This document shows positions 9,888 through 19,554 of a DNA stretch of 64,000 nucleotides, in pieces; position 1 is the first letter of the stretch, and every line of letters begins with the position of its first letter. The DNA comes from a virus. The stretch spans positions 1 through 64,000 of the IMG/VR virus record IMGVR_UViG_3300011113_000257, one strand, 5' to 3'. The notes beneath the pieces are model-generated. The model did not search any database, was not told the DNA's origin, and saw only the letters and a list, made by a program, of their open reading frames with translations. The position numbers and the translations under genes were made by a program.

Positions 9888-10919
9888 CTAAGCGTCGCTG
9901 TCGATGATATCTGTATCACCAGATAGGTAGGATTCCGAACCAGGTACGTTGAACGTGGTGTCAATGTCAGCAACTGGCAAGTTGTAAGTTGCAGTTGGAG
10001 CGCTTGTACCTGACCAAGTGTAGAAACCCCTGTATAGGTATGAAGATGGAGACCAATCCGAGCGAGCATATGCGTACGGACGGTCAGTAACTTCACTCCA
10101 AGACCAACGGGTGTCTGGACCAGTTCCGAAAGCGGTGTTACCAATGCCGTAACCTTCGAAAGTGTTAGCAAGCATACCGTTCTCAATTACGCGGTCACCT
10201 GATTGACGTAGACGAGCGTAAGGGAAAATCCAGTGGAAGTAAGGATTGGTTGCAGCGCGCTTTCCGTTAGCCACAGCATGTGACCAAACTTCAATTGCAA
10301 CACCGTTGCCTGAAGGGTCATCACCAATTGCAGGTGCAGCCCAACCAACCGAGGTGTCATCGCGGACAGTGACAAGACCTGTACCAGTAATATCTCCAGC
10401 AATCAGAGCAGTACCACTGTAAGCGTATGAAACAGATGTACTGCTTGTGGCAGTAATACGCTTAATACCGTTAAGTGCTGTTGGAATAAGACCTGAAACA
10501 GTTACGTTATCTCCCGCTACAATACCGTGACCTGCAGTCATTGTTAGAGTCACTGTACTTGTGCTGGCGGTACTAGAGGTTTCTGTAACAGGTTGTGCTG
10601 TTGCAGTTGAGTAATTCTTAGACAACAGAACGCCACCTGCAAGTAGTGCAGATAGTTCTGGGTCTGGCTCACAGATAGCAAGTTCCATAGTTGCGCGCTT
10701 TAGGCGGTCTGGAGCCTTGTACGAGACACATACTGTGCCATCGGCTGCCTTTTCTGTGATTTCTTCACCGTCTTCATATTCAGGGGTGAAGGACATACGA
10801 ATGAATGCGGACGTTGTGTAACTATCCAAGTCGCCATTAAGTAGCGAACCAGCCGCATTTAAGCGAGTGACGCGAATGGCAGCACCTTGGACAGAAGCCG
10901 CGTAATCTTGAGTTGCCAT
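9888..10919 (-). CDS. Major tail (tube) protein
   Basis: AIRVTRLN, EYEDGEEITEKAADGTVC and CEPDPEL motifs of actinophage major tail proteins; followed by a hairpin at ~9815-9855. Confidence 0.8.
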   Translation of the reverse strand: MATQDYAASVQGAAIRVTRLNAAGSLLNGDLDSYTTSAFIRMSFTPEYEDGEEITEKAADGTVCVSYKAPDRLKRATMELAICEPDPELSALLAGGVLLSKNYSTATAQPVTETSSTASTSTVTLTMTAGHGIVAGDNVTVSGLIPTALNGIKRITATSSTSVSYAYSGTALIAGDITGTGLVTVRDDTSVGWAAPAIGDDPSGNGVAIEVWSHAVANGKRAATNPYFHWIFPYARLRQSGDRVIENGMLANTFEGYGIGNTAFGTGPDTRWSWSEVTDRPYAYARSDWSPSSYLYRGFYTWSGTSAPTATYNLPVADIDTTFNVPGSESYLSGDTDIIDSDA

Positions 10920-10945
10920 GTTGGGCTATCTCCTATTGTTGTTAA

Positions 10946-12094
10946 CTAGACGGATGATGAAAAATCGACCCGGACTGCGTAATGACAGTCTGGTTCAAAG
11001 TGGACAGCCGCTGCGCGGACGGCTTTTATGCGCATGTCATTGGTGTTAGACGAGGCTGTGATGCCTTGCGCCAAACTCTCATTAACTACCTTTATTGCAC
11101 CAAGGTGTACATCTACATAACCAGTAGCAAACATCCACTCAGTTGTATTTGTTACTGCACGGTTCGCATGTCCAATTGGACCAATGCCTGTGTATCCAGT
11201 TCCAACAATGACTGGTGTTCCTACTTTAGTTACGAGAATTTGACCCTTTTTATTAACATCATCTTCGTCAAGTCTTCCTGAAAAATCTACGCGCTCTAGT
11301 TGGTCGTAGCAGATTGCTGCCATACGACGAGACATGTGGATTACACCTTTAAGACCTGCAGGGCTGTTAGACAAAGCGCCCTCAAGACGAGCCAAGGCTA
11401 CACGGGGAACATCTCCGCCAGCAGTAACTGTTACATCCGTGGAAGCCTTCTCTTTTACAAGATAGTTATTGCTTAGGGTAGCAATTGGGCTTGTTCCAAG
11501 AGTTAAAGCACCATTTGATGCGGTGTACGCAAAAGTAAATGTTGTTGCAGTACCAGCAGTAATTACGTAGTTATCATAACCACTAGCAGAAGTTAAGTTA
11601 TAAACCGTAACAATATCGCCAACCTTAAACTGGTGCGTAGTTGCTGTTGTTACAGTTGCAAAGTTTGAAGTTACGGTTGCACCAGAGATTACATGGGATG
11701 TATACCCAGTGTAGTGCTGAGCAGCAGAACCAAGCCATAGTTCGCTTTCAATAGCCTTCTGACTACCTGCTTCTATAATTTTTTCGACGCGCTTGAAACG
11801 GTCCTGAGCAGGGAGGCTAAAAGTAGAAGAGAAGTCTTCGGCTTCAATCCCAAAGGGAACATAGTTAGCAAAGCGTTGCTTTGTTGTTCCGTCGTATAAC
11901 TCGCCATTAGTAACATCATCATCGTTGATGGTTAGTAGACGCAAGGCGAAAGCGTCTGAATCAAATTCATGGGCTGCGAATCGAGCCCAATGGTCTTGCG
12001 CTTCAGTGTATTGCGAAACGCTTGCGACGCTCAGAACCCCAAAAGGGTAAGGAGTTAAGGGGTGAGGTGCCGTAATAGACAAATCCTGAGCCAT
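10946..12094 (-). CDS. Major capsid pentamer protein (cluster-B/Rosebush type)
   Basis: Directly after the MCP; PFGVLSVA, ALARLEGAL, GVIHMS, TKVGTPVIVGTGY and WMFATG motifs. Confidence 0.7.
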   Translation of the reverse strand: MAQDLSITAPHPLTPYPFGVLSVASVSQYTEAQDHWARFAAHEFDSDAFALRLLTINDDDVTNGELYDGTTKQRFANYVPFGIEAEDFSSTFSLPAQDRFKRVEKIIEAGSQKAIESELWLGSAAQHYTGYTSHVISGATVTSNFATVTTATTHQFKVGDIVTVYNLTSASGYDNYVITAGTATTFTFAYTASNGALTLGTSPIATLSNNYLVKEKASTDVTVTAGGDVPRVALARLEGALSNSPAGLKGVIHMSRRMAAICYDQLERVDFSGRLDEDDVNKKGQILVTKVGTPVIVGTGYTGIGPIGHANRAVTNTTEWMFATGYVDVHLGAIKVVNESLAQGITASSNTNDMRIKAVRAAAVHFEPDCHYAVRVDFSSSV

Positions 12095-12152
12095 TATCTT
12101 ATTTCTCCTATATTCTGAGCGTCGCGTTGCGTTTCTTTAGAGTCTAATTAGA

Positions 12153-14117
12153 TTAGAACTCTACGGTTGCTGATGCTGTACCAGCAAGGGTGTCGCGTAG
12201 TGCAGAGCGAGCACCGTTGATGCTGATTGTTGAAGTTACCTTGATGGATTCAACGCCAACCTTGGCAATACCTTCGAAGGTTTCAACGAACATCTTGTAG
12301 TCGTTGGTGCCAACAAGGGTTGAGTCACGGATAACTCCAAGGTCAAGCGTGCCACCATCTAGGAACAAGAATGTTCCTTCAGCGAAGATGTACCATACGA
12401 ATGAGTCATAGAACTCGTTCATAGCGCTTGCGCCCTGTGAAGCGTATGCGTTTGCATCATCCAAGTGCCATGTGACATTTACGCCACGAGCACGAAGAAG
12501 ACCGTCGATTTCGCTGTCAGAAACGTCCAACTTGCTGTCGCCTGGCATTTGTAGAGCGAAGTCAGCGCGAATGGCTGCCTTAACCCATGCTGGGCAAACA
12601 ACACGCAACTGTGCGTCGTCAGCCATACGGTGACGTGCACGGTACTGAGCACCAGCGCGACCAACCTGAAGCAGGAAGTCTACGCCAAGACCAAGTACGT
12701 TGGTGCTTGTTACAGCAGTGGAACCTGTGCTTAGTGCAGACAGAAGGTTCTCTTCTGCTTCACGAGCGTGCTGAATCAGACCTAGTTCGTTGTGACGAGC
12801 AATAAGTTCTGGGTAAGCACGTGTAGCAAGGTTACCGAACTGCATCTGCAGGGTTACTGCATCTGCAACTGCGGTTGTTTCGGTTGCAGCAGTTACAACA
12901 AGGTTTGCCTTGGTAGCACTTGAAGTAGCCGAGTTGGTTACGTAAGCGGTGTCAAGAGCAGTTGTCCAAACGCCAACAGCGTTGCCGTATGAAGACAATA
13001 CTGGTGGAACGATGTAACGGATACCGCCACGGTCAGCCTGGAATGATGGAAGAGCGTCGCGCACTGGGCGGACGTTTGTGCCAATTCCAAAGATGTCGTA
13101 ACGAGTAGCAAATGGAGACTGGTATGAACCAGAAGCAGTAAGAGCAGTTGGAGCACTCTTAATCTTTTCCATGTTTGCTTCTGCATCGCTACCAAGTTGC
13201 ATTGCTTCTGGGTATGCGGTGCTGAATGATGCAACGATGTGCTGTTCGCCGTCGCCACCGTTTACGCGGCGCAAGCCGTGTAGACGCTTGGCGAATGCAT
13301 CTGCTACATCGCTCATGTTGGATAGTTCTGTGCCTGCAGTCACACCTGGGATGTCAGCGCCAGCAGTAATTGCTACTGGAGTGGCGGTTGTCATCGAAGC
13401 GGGACGGCGGTCGGCTGGGACTTCAGGAGTTACATCCTGAGCGTCAAAAGCAGCGGCGGTCACTGTTGCCTCTTCCTGCACCTCTACTGGTGCATCAATT
13501 GGGGTTTCGGTTTCTTCGGTTGAAAGTTCAACAACTTCTTCTGTTGATAGTTCAACAGTTTCTTCAGTTGAAAGTTCGGTAATTTCTTCTGTTGAAAGTT
13601 CTGCTTCTGCAACTGGTGCTTCTTCAGTAACTTCTGGTTCTTCGGTAGAAAGTTCAATAACTTCTTCCGCAATAGTTGATGCTTCTTCAACTGCTGGTAC
13701 TTCATCGGCTTCTGCAGATGCCATCATTGGCTTCTCTTCATCCTTTTCCATACCTTCAGCGTCATCCTCTACTGGAGTCTCAGTCTCGACCTCTACTTCG
13801 GTCTCTTCTGGCATTTGTTCCATGTCAGTATCTTCCTCTGGTTGTTCGGTCGCGGCTTCCATCTCCTCGCCGTGCACACGAGCACTGGCTTCACTTGCTG
13901 TTGCAGCAAGTTCTTCAGCCTGTACTTCGCGACGCTGTACTTCAGAACGAACTGAATCGAGCATGTCGGCTAGTGAGGTCATCGCCTCAACTGTTTGGGG
14001 AGTTGGTTCTTCGCTTTCGACCGATTCGAACTGGTTGATGATTTCATTCTGAAGTTCGACGATTTGTTCGTCGGATAATTCAGTCATGGTTTCCATCATG
14101 TTGATAATGCGGTCCAC
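12153..14117 (-). CDS. Major capsid hexamer protein with N-terminal acidic scaffold region
   Basis: Probable GTG start at 14117 after a GGAGGAGG SD; RDALPSFQADRGGIRY and GGTLDLGVIRDSTL...NDYKMFVETFEG motifs; acidic N-terminus with ELSTEE repeats. Confidence 0.85.
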   Translation of the reverse strand: MDRIINMMETMTELSDEQIVELQNEIINQFESVESEEPTPQTVEAMTSLADMLDSVRSEVQRREVQAEELAATASEASARVHGEEMEAATEQPEEDTDMEQMPEETEVEVETETPVEDDAEGMEKDEEKPMMASAEADEVPAVEEASTIAEEVIELSTEEPEVTEEAPVAEAELSTEEITELSTEETVELSTEEVVELSTEETETPIDAPVEVQEEATVTAAAFDAQDVTPEVPADRRPASMTTATPVAITAGADIPGVTAGTELSNMSDVADAFAKRLHGLRRVNGGDGEQHIVASFSTAYPEAMQLGSDAEANMEKIKSAPTALTASGSYQSPFATRYDIFGIGTNVRPVRDALPSFQADRGGIRYIVPPVLSSYGNAVGVWTTALDTAYVTNSATSSATKANLVVTAATETTAVADAVTLQMQFGNLATRAYPELIARHNELGLIQHAREAEENLLSALSTGSTAVTSTNVLGLGVDFLLQVGRAGAQYRARHRMADDAQLRVVCPAWVKAAIRADFALQMPGDSKLDVSDSEIDGLLRARGVNVTWHLDDANAYASQGASAMNEFYDSFVWYIFAEGTFLFLDGGTLDLGVIRDSTLVGTNDYKMFVETFEGIAKVGVESIKVTSTISINGARSALRDTLAGTASATVEF

Positions 14118-14200
14118 TACTGTCCCTCCTCCGGGGCAGTCGGGGGAAATCACCTATGTCTGTGACTTCCCGGCTTATGTAGTCGAGATTGAGGGACTCC
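14118..14200 (-). promoter_or_regulatory. Structured 5' leader of the capsid gene that can sequester the SD
   Basis: On the minus strand GUCCCUC (14197-14191) pairs with GAGGGAC (14128-14122), which overlaps the SD; internal 10-bp hairpin at 14144-14171. Confidence 0.5.
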
Positions 14201-14265
14201 GAACAGAAACCTGTAGGAGGCACTCCACCCATATCTGATAATACAGTATTCTTAAATATGCTATT

Positions 14266-17200
14266 TTAAGTTAGCAATCTAAGAAGTTTATTCATTTTGC
14301 TAGAAATCTCTCCTTGGCTGTAAACGTCTCCGCCAGCCATGAAAGACTTTAACTCTGCGGTTGCTTCGGCAGCATCTTCAGCGCCAATTTTGTTCTCTAC
14401 TTTTTCAATCATATCTTCCATTAATTTAGCCAAAGCAGGTGGAACATCGCTAAAACGAAGTTTTACAGATTGATTTTGGAAAGGCAGAGGTAAGTTAGAG
14501 ATTGCTTCAGCCAAAGCAGTAGCACCAGTTCTTACATTAGTTAGTGCAGTGCTATCTAAAGCCCCTGTATCAATACGATTTACAGTGTCAATGACATCAC
14601 GAGCGCCCTGAGCAGCGCGGGAGTAGTCCCCAACATTGTCAAGGTTTTCGACCTCACCGATGCGTCGAGCAAGTGCATCAAGTGATGCAACTCCTGAGTC
14701 CCTCTTTAAACGGGCTAAAACTAGGCGAAACTTGCCTTGAGCATCTCTAGGCTGGGTTTTAGCAGTGTATTTACCTTCAGACCGAGAAGCCTCTTTAGAG
14801 GCTGGTGCTTTTGGGTCAACACCACCTGTGGCTTCCTTAGTTGCATCGGCTTCCATAATGTCAGCAGCAGCAGTCAAAGAAGTAGTAGAAATTTTGCTTC
14901 TCATGTCTGCTAAAGAGATTGAAAGTTCCATTCTGCTTGCAGAAAGGTTTTTCCACTCATCTGGTACAAGTTCTGGTTTGCCAAGAGCCTTAGCACGCTT
15001 AGTGATGTGACGGCGAACCTTAGCGCGGTCCGATGGCTTTGAGCGACCATAAGCACGAACAGCCTTGCGTAGGTCTGATACGTTTCGAATTGGGTAAGAA
15101 CCATTTGGTAAAGCCTCGCCAGTCTTGGCAAGTTTTTCACGAACGGCTTCAGACGGACCAGCAGCGACTAAACCTTGCTCTTCAAGTGCTGAAAAAACTG
15201 TTTCAAAATTTACTTCTACAGGCTCATTTTCAGTCACTAGTATTTCTACTTCACTAAGTGAAGAGGATAACTGCCATTGCCACTTCTGGTGCATATCAAT
15301 ACGACCAGCAATAAAATCAGCAACACCCTGCTCATTAGCAGCCTCAAGCATTTGGAACATAGTCTTAAGTTCATCAATTATTACTTCATTTGCAAGAAGC
15401 AAATCTGCAGCAAGAGCACGAGGACTTCCACTTGATAATTCGGAACCTGAAAGGCTAGACATGTGAGCGTAATCTGCTACGCCAACCTTAGGGAATCCTC
15501 CGAGTTTTCGGATGTTTTCTCCTAGAGGGTCAATTGAACTATAGACATCCTCATAGATTTCTTGAAATAGTTCGTGATACTGAGAAAAATCTGAGCCAAC
15601 TACGTTCCAGTGATAGCCATGAGCGCGGAAGTATAGGTTTATTACATCTGCCATAAGAGAATGTATAGCATTCATGTAAAGAGGCTCTATTGAGTCTCCG
15701 CCATGACCTAACGGATAGGTGCACTTAGGGCAACATTCGCCCCTACACATTGATGTGCAAGCAGGGCAACAGCCACATCCGCCACCTGCTGTAATACCAG
15801 ACTCGTTAGTAAATTCTTGTTTAAGCGATGCAAAACGACTCTTTGCAATTTCTGCATACTGGTTAAGTAGGTCTGGGTCATCCTTTAATCGCGCTAGGTA
15901 GTTTGCACCAGCAGCAACAAGAGCCATAACTTCGCCAGATGCGACACGGGCACGGGCAATTGGGAACCCTGGAACATTTACTTGGCATACAGCAACAAGT
16001 TCAAGTGCGCCTTGGATTGGTCGCCAGTCACCTGACGGAGCAGAAGCGCGAATAGCGCGAACTTGGTGAGCAGTAATCTCTGGACGAAGCGAGCCAGCAA
16101 CCCAGATTCCAAATGAATCTTCGCCAGCATGAACATCAGCAAATGCTGAAGCAGTGTCATCATAATGCTTTGCAGCAGACTTAGCAGATGCTTCTAGTGG
16201 AGCATGTCCACCAGCAAGAGTCAGTTGACCTACTGGAATATCGTCGCCTTCTTCAGTACGGCAAACACCTGTGTGGAAGTATGAGTAACCACTCTTCGAG
16301 CGAGGAGGCTTTGTTCCAAAAGAAAGACCAATATGGTCTACATGCCAAGCAGCAATGTGACCGAATACGCGACCATCGTCAGTAACTGTAAGAGGAGTAG
16401 GACCTTCTAATTTAGGGTTCTCAAACCATGACTTAGGTGGGGTCACTGGAATAGAAGCAACTACAGCAGCACAAGCCACTAAAGCGCTCTCATTAGAAAC
16501 AGGCTTCTTAACCTGCATACCGATTGAACTCACAGGTTCCTCCTGTACATCGACGATTTCGTCAGTTAATAGTATTCTACACTCTTGGAAGGCTGGCTTA
16601 GGAACTAAAGTAACGCCCATGATGCGTCCCTTAGTGATTTTTATTTTTCCTGTGCCAACCTTTTTATCTTCGTCAGAAGATGCTTCTTCTTCGGTTGCTT
16701 CAAATCTGTCTAAATCTGCAGAGACTCCGCGAATAAATCCACCACGAACTAAGCGCTCTGCTTCGCGACCATACTCACCTGAATCAAATATGCCATAAGC
16801 ATTTCCAATGCCGTCAGCAGTGCGTTCCATTTTGTCGATACGACCTACAACAACGGAGCCGTCATGCCCTTGAGCAGTCTTAATCTGCCACATTAAAGGA
16901 AGCGGAAGTTCGCGCATCGAAACAGCGCCTACTGAGAAACTTCTACCGTCACCTGATTCTGCTCCTTCAGGTAAAACAACAGGAATAAAGAATTCTGAAC
17001 CAGATGTCGCAGGGGCTTGGAATCCGCCAGAGGCAATAAGAACTCTATTTTTTAGTTCTTCTGCTTGAGCCGATAGTTCTGCATTTGAGATAATTTCTGC
17101 GCTAGAGCGAATGTAGTCATCGCTGTAAGTATTAAAAGCGCCCTTACGACCATACATTTGACGATGAGCCTTATCACCAGTCCACATTCCAGTCATTTCT

Positions 17201-19473
17201 TTATGACGCAAGGCGCAATAGCCCTTAGCACGAGGACCCATGTACTTGGATAGTTGACGAACGCAACGAGTCCAGTCTCCACCAGTTCCCCAGCGAATCT
17301 TGGCTCCACCCTTACCAACAGTCCAATAGCGACGAAGTGTTTCGGCATTTCCGCGATTGCGGTCCGCGCCACCTGCAGCAATGATTGCTAGAAGGTCACC
17401 AGTTGGTCCCCAAAGAACTGACAGTTGAGAGTTAATCTCTTCTTGTCTTTTCAATTCTTCTTCTTTTTCTATGCCACTTTTTTCCATCTGAACCATGACA
17501 TCGGAAAGAGTTTCATCATCTAGGACAACTACAGGAGGTGGTGTAGGAGAGTTAAGGTCAGTCAAAATTGCTTCGTCTTTAACCCATTTACCGTCTTGAC
17601 GCTTGAAAAGGGTAGGAGTTGTTGACTTGTTGTCGGCAGGAATAAGAGCAACCAAATTCATTACAGCCTGTGGGTCATCTTGAGCCACGATAGCCATGTA
17701 AATTGCTGGGACATCTGAATTTTCAGGGGTCAAAGCAGTTAAATCTGCAGATGCAGTAATGCTTTCGTACACCGAAGTGTAGTTTTTAGTTGTTGTGACA
17801 ACTCCGTCTTTCATAGAGACATTTTTATTCCACTTACCTGAGCCCTTGCCTGAGCCCTTGCCTTTAGAAGGACCTTTATAGCCCACAGATTTGGCACTTC
17901 TTTTTGCTTCAACATCATCAGTTCTTACCGGGTTGTACCAAGAACGATTAGGGTAAGTTTTCTTTGAGCCCTTGCCGTATACAGTGTCTAGCCAACGACG
18001 TAAGTACGGGTCGTTATAGGCATTTGGAGCCAATACATCATCAGCCTGAGTATTGACGCTAATTCTAGGAATTTCTTGCCTGTTTGCTTCGTAGTATGCG
18101 CGTTGGTCTGAAACCCACGAGCCCCAGTCGTTAAGCATTGTTTGCATACTGTCTACAGTTAAAGGTGGAAGACGGTTAGGTAGTCCAGCAAGTTTAGGAT
18201 TTGCTGACTGACGAGGTTCGCCAAGAATTCCTGAAACATCTAGCGGTTGACCAAAGCGAGGTGGCGGAACTGCTGCAGGTGTTTCTTCTGCTGGTTTAGT
18301 ATCGCTAATAGCAACGTCAGCAGTGTTTCCGTTGTCAAACTCAACGGTAGCCATTTTGCCTTTTACTGCTTTAATGGTTCCAGTTGCTTGCGGGTTGTTG
18401 GCAACAGTTACTTTTCCGCCCATTTTTGCAAACTTGCCAGAAGCGTCGCGTACTTGGCTTTCTACGTTTTCTGCACGCTCTTCGGGGGTGTAGTTACCGT
18501 CGGTGGCAGATGCTTCAGCAAATGTAAGAGAATCTATGTAACCCCAGTCAATATCTGCAGATGCTGCTAGTACCATTTCAGTTTCGGTAACATCAATGTT
18601 TTGGATGCTAGTAGCCAAAAATGGACTGGAATCTAAAAGAGCAGAGGCAACAAGAGCAGCCTCTGGGTCTACAGGGAAGTGATAGAAAAACTTGCCGTCT
18701 ATGTCAAAATCTAAAGCAGAATCTATGTCTTGGAAAGATTTGCAGGATTCTCCTAAATTAAACCAAGAACCGTTATCCCAAACTTCAACAGAGTTGTCTT
18801 GGTGAATTGCGTATAGACGGTCAATTCCAGCACCATCACCTTGAACTCTAATAGCAAAATCTACATTAGTAGAACTTGAAAAATATGAAACATCAATGTT
18901 GTCTACTTTTTTGTATATTGATGCAGTTACAGTTTTTTTGTTCTCACGCTCTACGATTGCTGAAGCCCAACGCTGAGCAGAGTCGCCACCCCAGAGAGCC
19001 CAAGCGATACGACCATTAGACGGGTAGCCATCTTGTCCTGGTTTGTATCCTTTAGCCTTTTTATCTACTTCATGGCGCGGAAAATATTTTGCAATGTGAC
19101 GCACTTTACGAATACCAATTTGTCCGCCTTTTGCAAGGGTGCGAGCAGTGTTTAATCCAACAGGAGTTCCACCGCGTCCTTCTTCCTTGCGCCACTCAAG
19201 AGCACGCTTGGCTTCAGCCTGAACAGCCTTTGGAATGGTATACATGCGGTCGCTGTCTGCAAAAACTTTAATATCTAAATCAACTTCATATCCTGTAGCA
19301 AGTTCGTATGAAGTGGTTAGAGGTTCTTCTCCATGCTCATTCCAAGAGACTGAAGCAAGCACTGAAGCAATGTTGTCTACGGAGATGACTTCGTTAGTGT
19401 CCTCGTTCACAATGAGAGATACATTGTCGGATGTTAGGAGAACATCACTACCGTTGCGACCGACAAATTGCAT
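14266..19473 (-). CDS. Capsid maturation protease polyprotein (two protease-like domains, Cys-rich motif, Dps/ferritin-like domain, other head modules)
   Basis: Protease at ~16570-16995 (SGDGR, GHDGSVVVGRID, GVSADLD, TLVPKPAF); second domain at ~15950-16445 (GRVFGHIAAW, SGDWR, VNVPGFP); Dps at ~15255-15685 (HGYHWNVVGSDFSQYHELFQEIYE...DPLGENIRKLG). Confidence 0.85.
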   Translation of the reverse strand: MQFVGRNGSDVLLTSDNVSLIVNEDTNEVISVDNIASVLASVSWNEHGEEPLTTSYELATGYEVDLDIKVFADSDRMYTIPKAVQAEAKRALEWRKEEGRGGTPVGLNTARTLAKGGQIGIRKVRHIAKYFPRHEVDKKAKGYKPGQDGYPSNGRIAWALWGGDSAQRWASAIVERENKKTVTASIYKKVDNIDVSYFSSSTNVDFAIRVQGDGAGIDRLYAIHQDNSVEVWDNGSWFNLGESCKSFQDIDSALDFDIDGKFFYHFPVDPEAALVASALLDSSPFLATSIQNIDVTETEMVLAASADIDWGYIDSLTFAEASATDGNYTPEERAENVESQVRDASGKFAKMGGKVTVANNPQATGTIKAVKGKMATVEFDNGNTADVAISDTKPAEETPAAVPPPRFGQPLDVSGILGEPRQSANPKLAGLPNRLPPLTVDSMQTMLNDWGSWVSDQRAYYEANRQEIPRISVNTQADDVLAPNAYNDPYLRRWLDTVYGKGSKKTYPNRSWYNPVRTDDVEAKRSAKSVGYKGPSKGKGSGKGSGKWNKNVSMKDGVVTTTKNYTSVYESITASADLTALTPENSDVPAIYMAIVAQDDPQAVMNLVALIPADNKSTTPTLFKRQDGKWVKDEAILTDLNSPTPPPVVVLDDETLSDVMVQMEKSGIEKEEELKRQEEINSQLSVLWGPTGDLLAIIAAGGADRNRGNAETLRRYWTVGKGGAKIRWGTGGDWTRCVRQLSKYMGPRAKGYCALRHKEMTGMWTGDKAHRQMYGRKGAFNTYSDDYIRSSAEIISNAELSAQAEELKNRVLIASGGFQAPATSGSEFFIPVVLPEGAESGDGRSFSVGAVSMRELPLPLMWQIKTAQGHDGSVVVGRIDKMERTADGIGNAYGIFDSGEYGREAERLVRGGFIRGVSADLDRFEATEEEASSDEDKKVGTGKIKITKGRIMGVTLVPKPAFQECRILLTDEIVDVQEEPVSSIGMQVKKPVSNESALVACAAVVASIPVTPPKSWFENPKLEGPTPLTVTDDGRVFGHIAAWHVDHIGLSFGTKPPRSKSGYSYFHTGVCRTEEGDDIPVGQLTLAGGHAPLEASAKSAAKHYDDTASAFADVHAGEDSFGIWVAGSLRPEITAHQVRAIRASAPSGDWRPIQGALELVAVCQVNVPGFPIARARVASGEVMALVAAGANYLARLKDDPDLLNQYAEIAKSRFASLKQEFTNESGITAGGGCGCCPACTSMCRGECCPKCTYPLGHGGDSIEPLYMNAIHSLMADVINLYFRAHGYHWNVVGSDFSQYHELFQEIYEDVYSSIDPLGENIRKLGGFPKVGVADYAHMSSLSGSELSSGSPRALAADLLLANEVIIDELKTMFQMLEAANEQGVADFIAGRIDMHQKWQWQLSSSLSEVEILVTENEPVEVNFETVFSALEEQGLVAAGPSEAVREKLAKTGEALPNGSYPIRNVSDLRKAVRAYGRSKPSDRAKVRRHITKRAKALGKPELVPDEWKNLSASRMELSISLADMRSKISTTSLTAAADIMEADATKEATGGVDPKAPASKEASRSEGKYTAKTQPRDAQGKFRLVLARLKRDSGVASLDALARRIGEVENLDNVGDYSRAAQGARDVIDTVNRIDTGALDSTALTNVRTGATALAEAISNLPLPFQNQSVKLRFSDVPPALAKLMEDMIEKVENKIGAEDAAEATAELKSFMAGGDVYSQGEISSKMNKLLRLLT

Positions 19474-19554
19474 GTTTTCGTCTCCAGATTCTAGACAGAT
19501 ACACTAATAATAACAAAAGAACAGAAAGGTTATTTTGTTAAATTACTTAAATTA

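Noticed and set aside
14118-14153. Track start of the major capsid gene at 14153
   Set aside because: GTG at 14117 follows a GGAGGAGG SD; the upstream codons lie in the structured leader.
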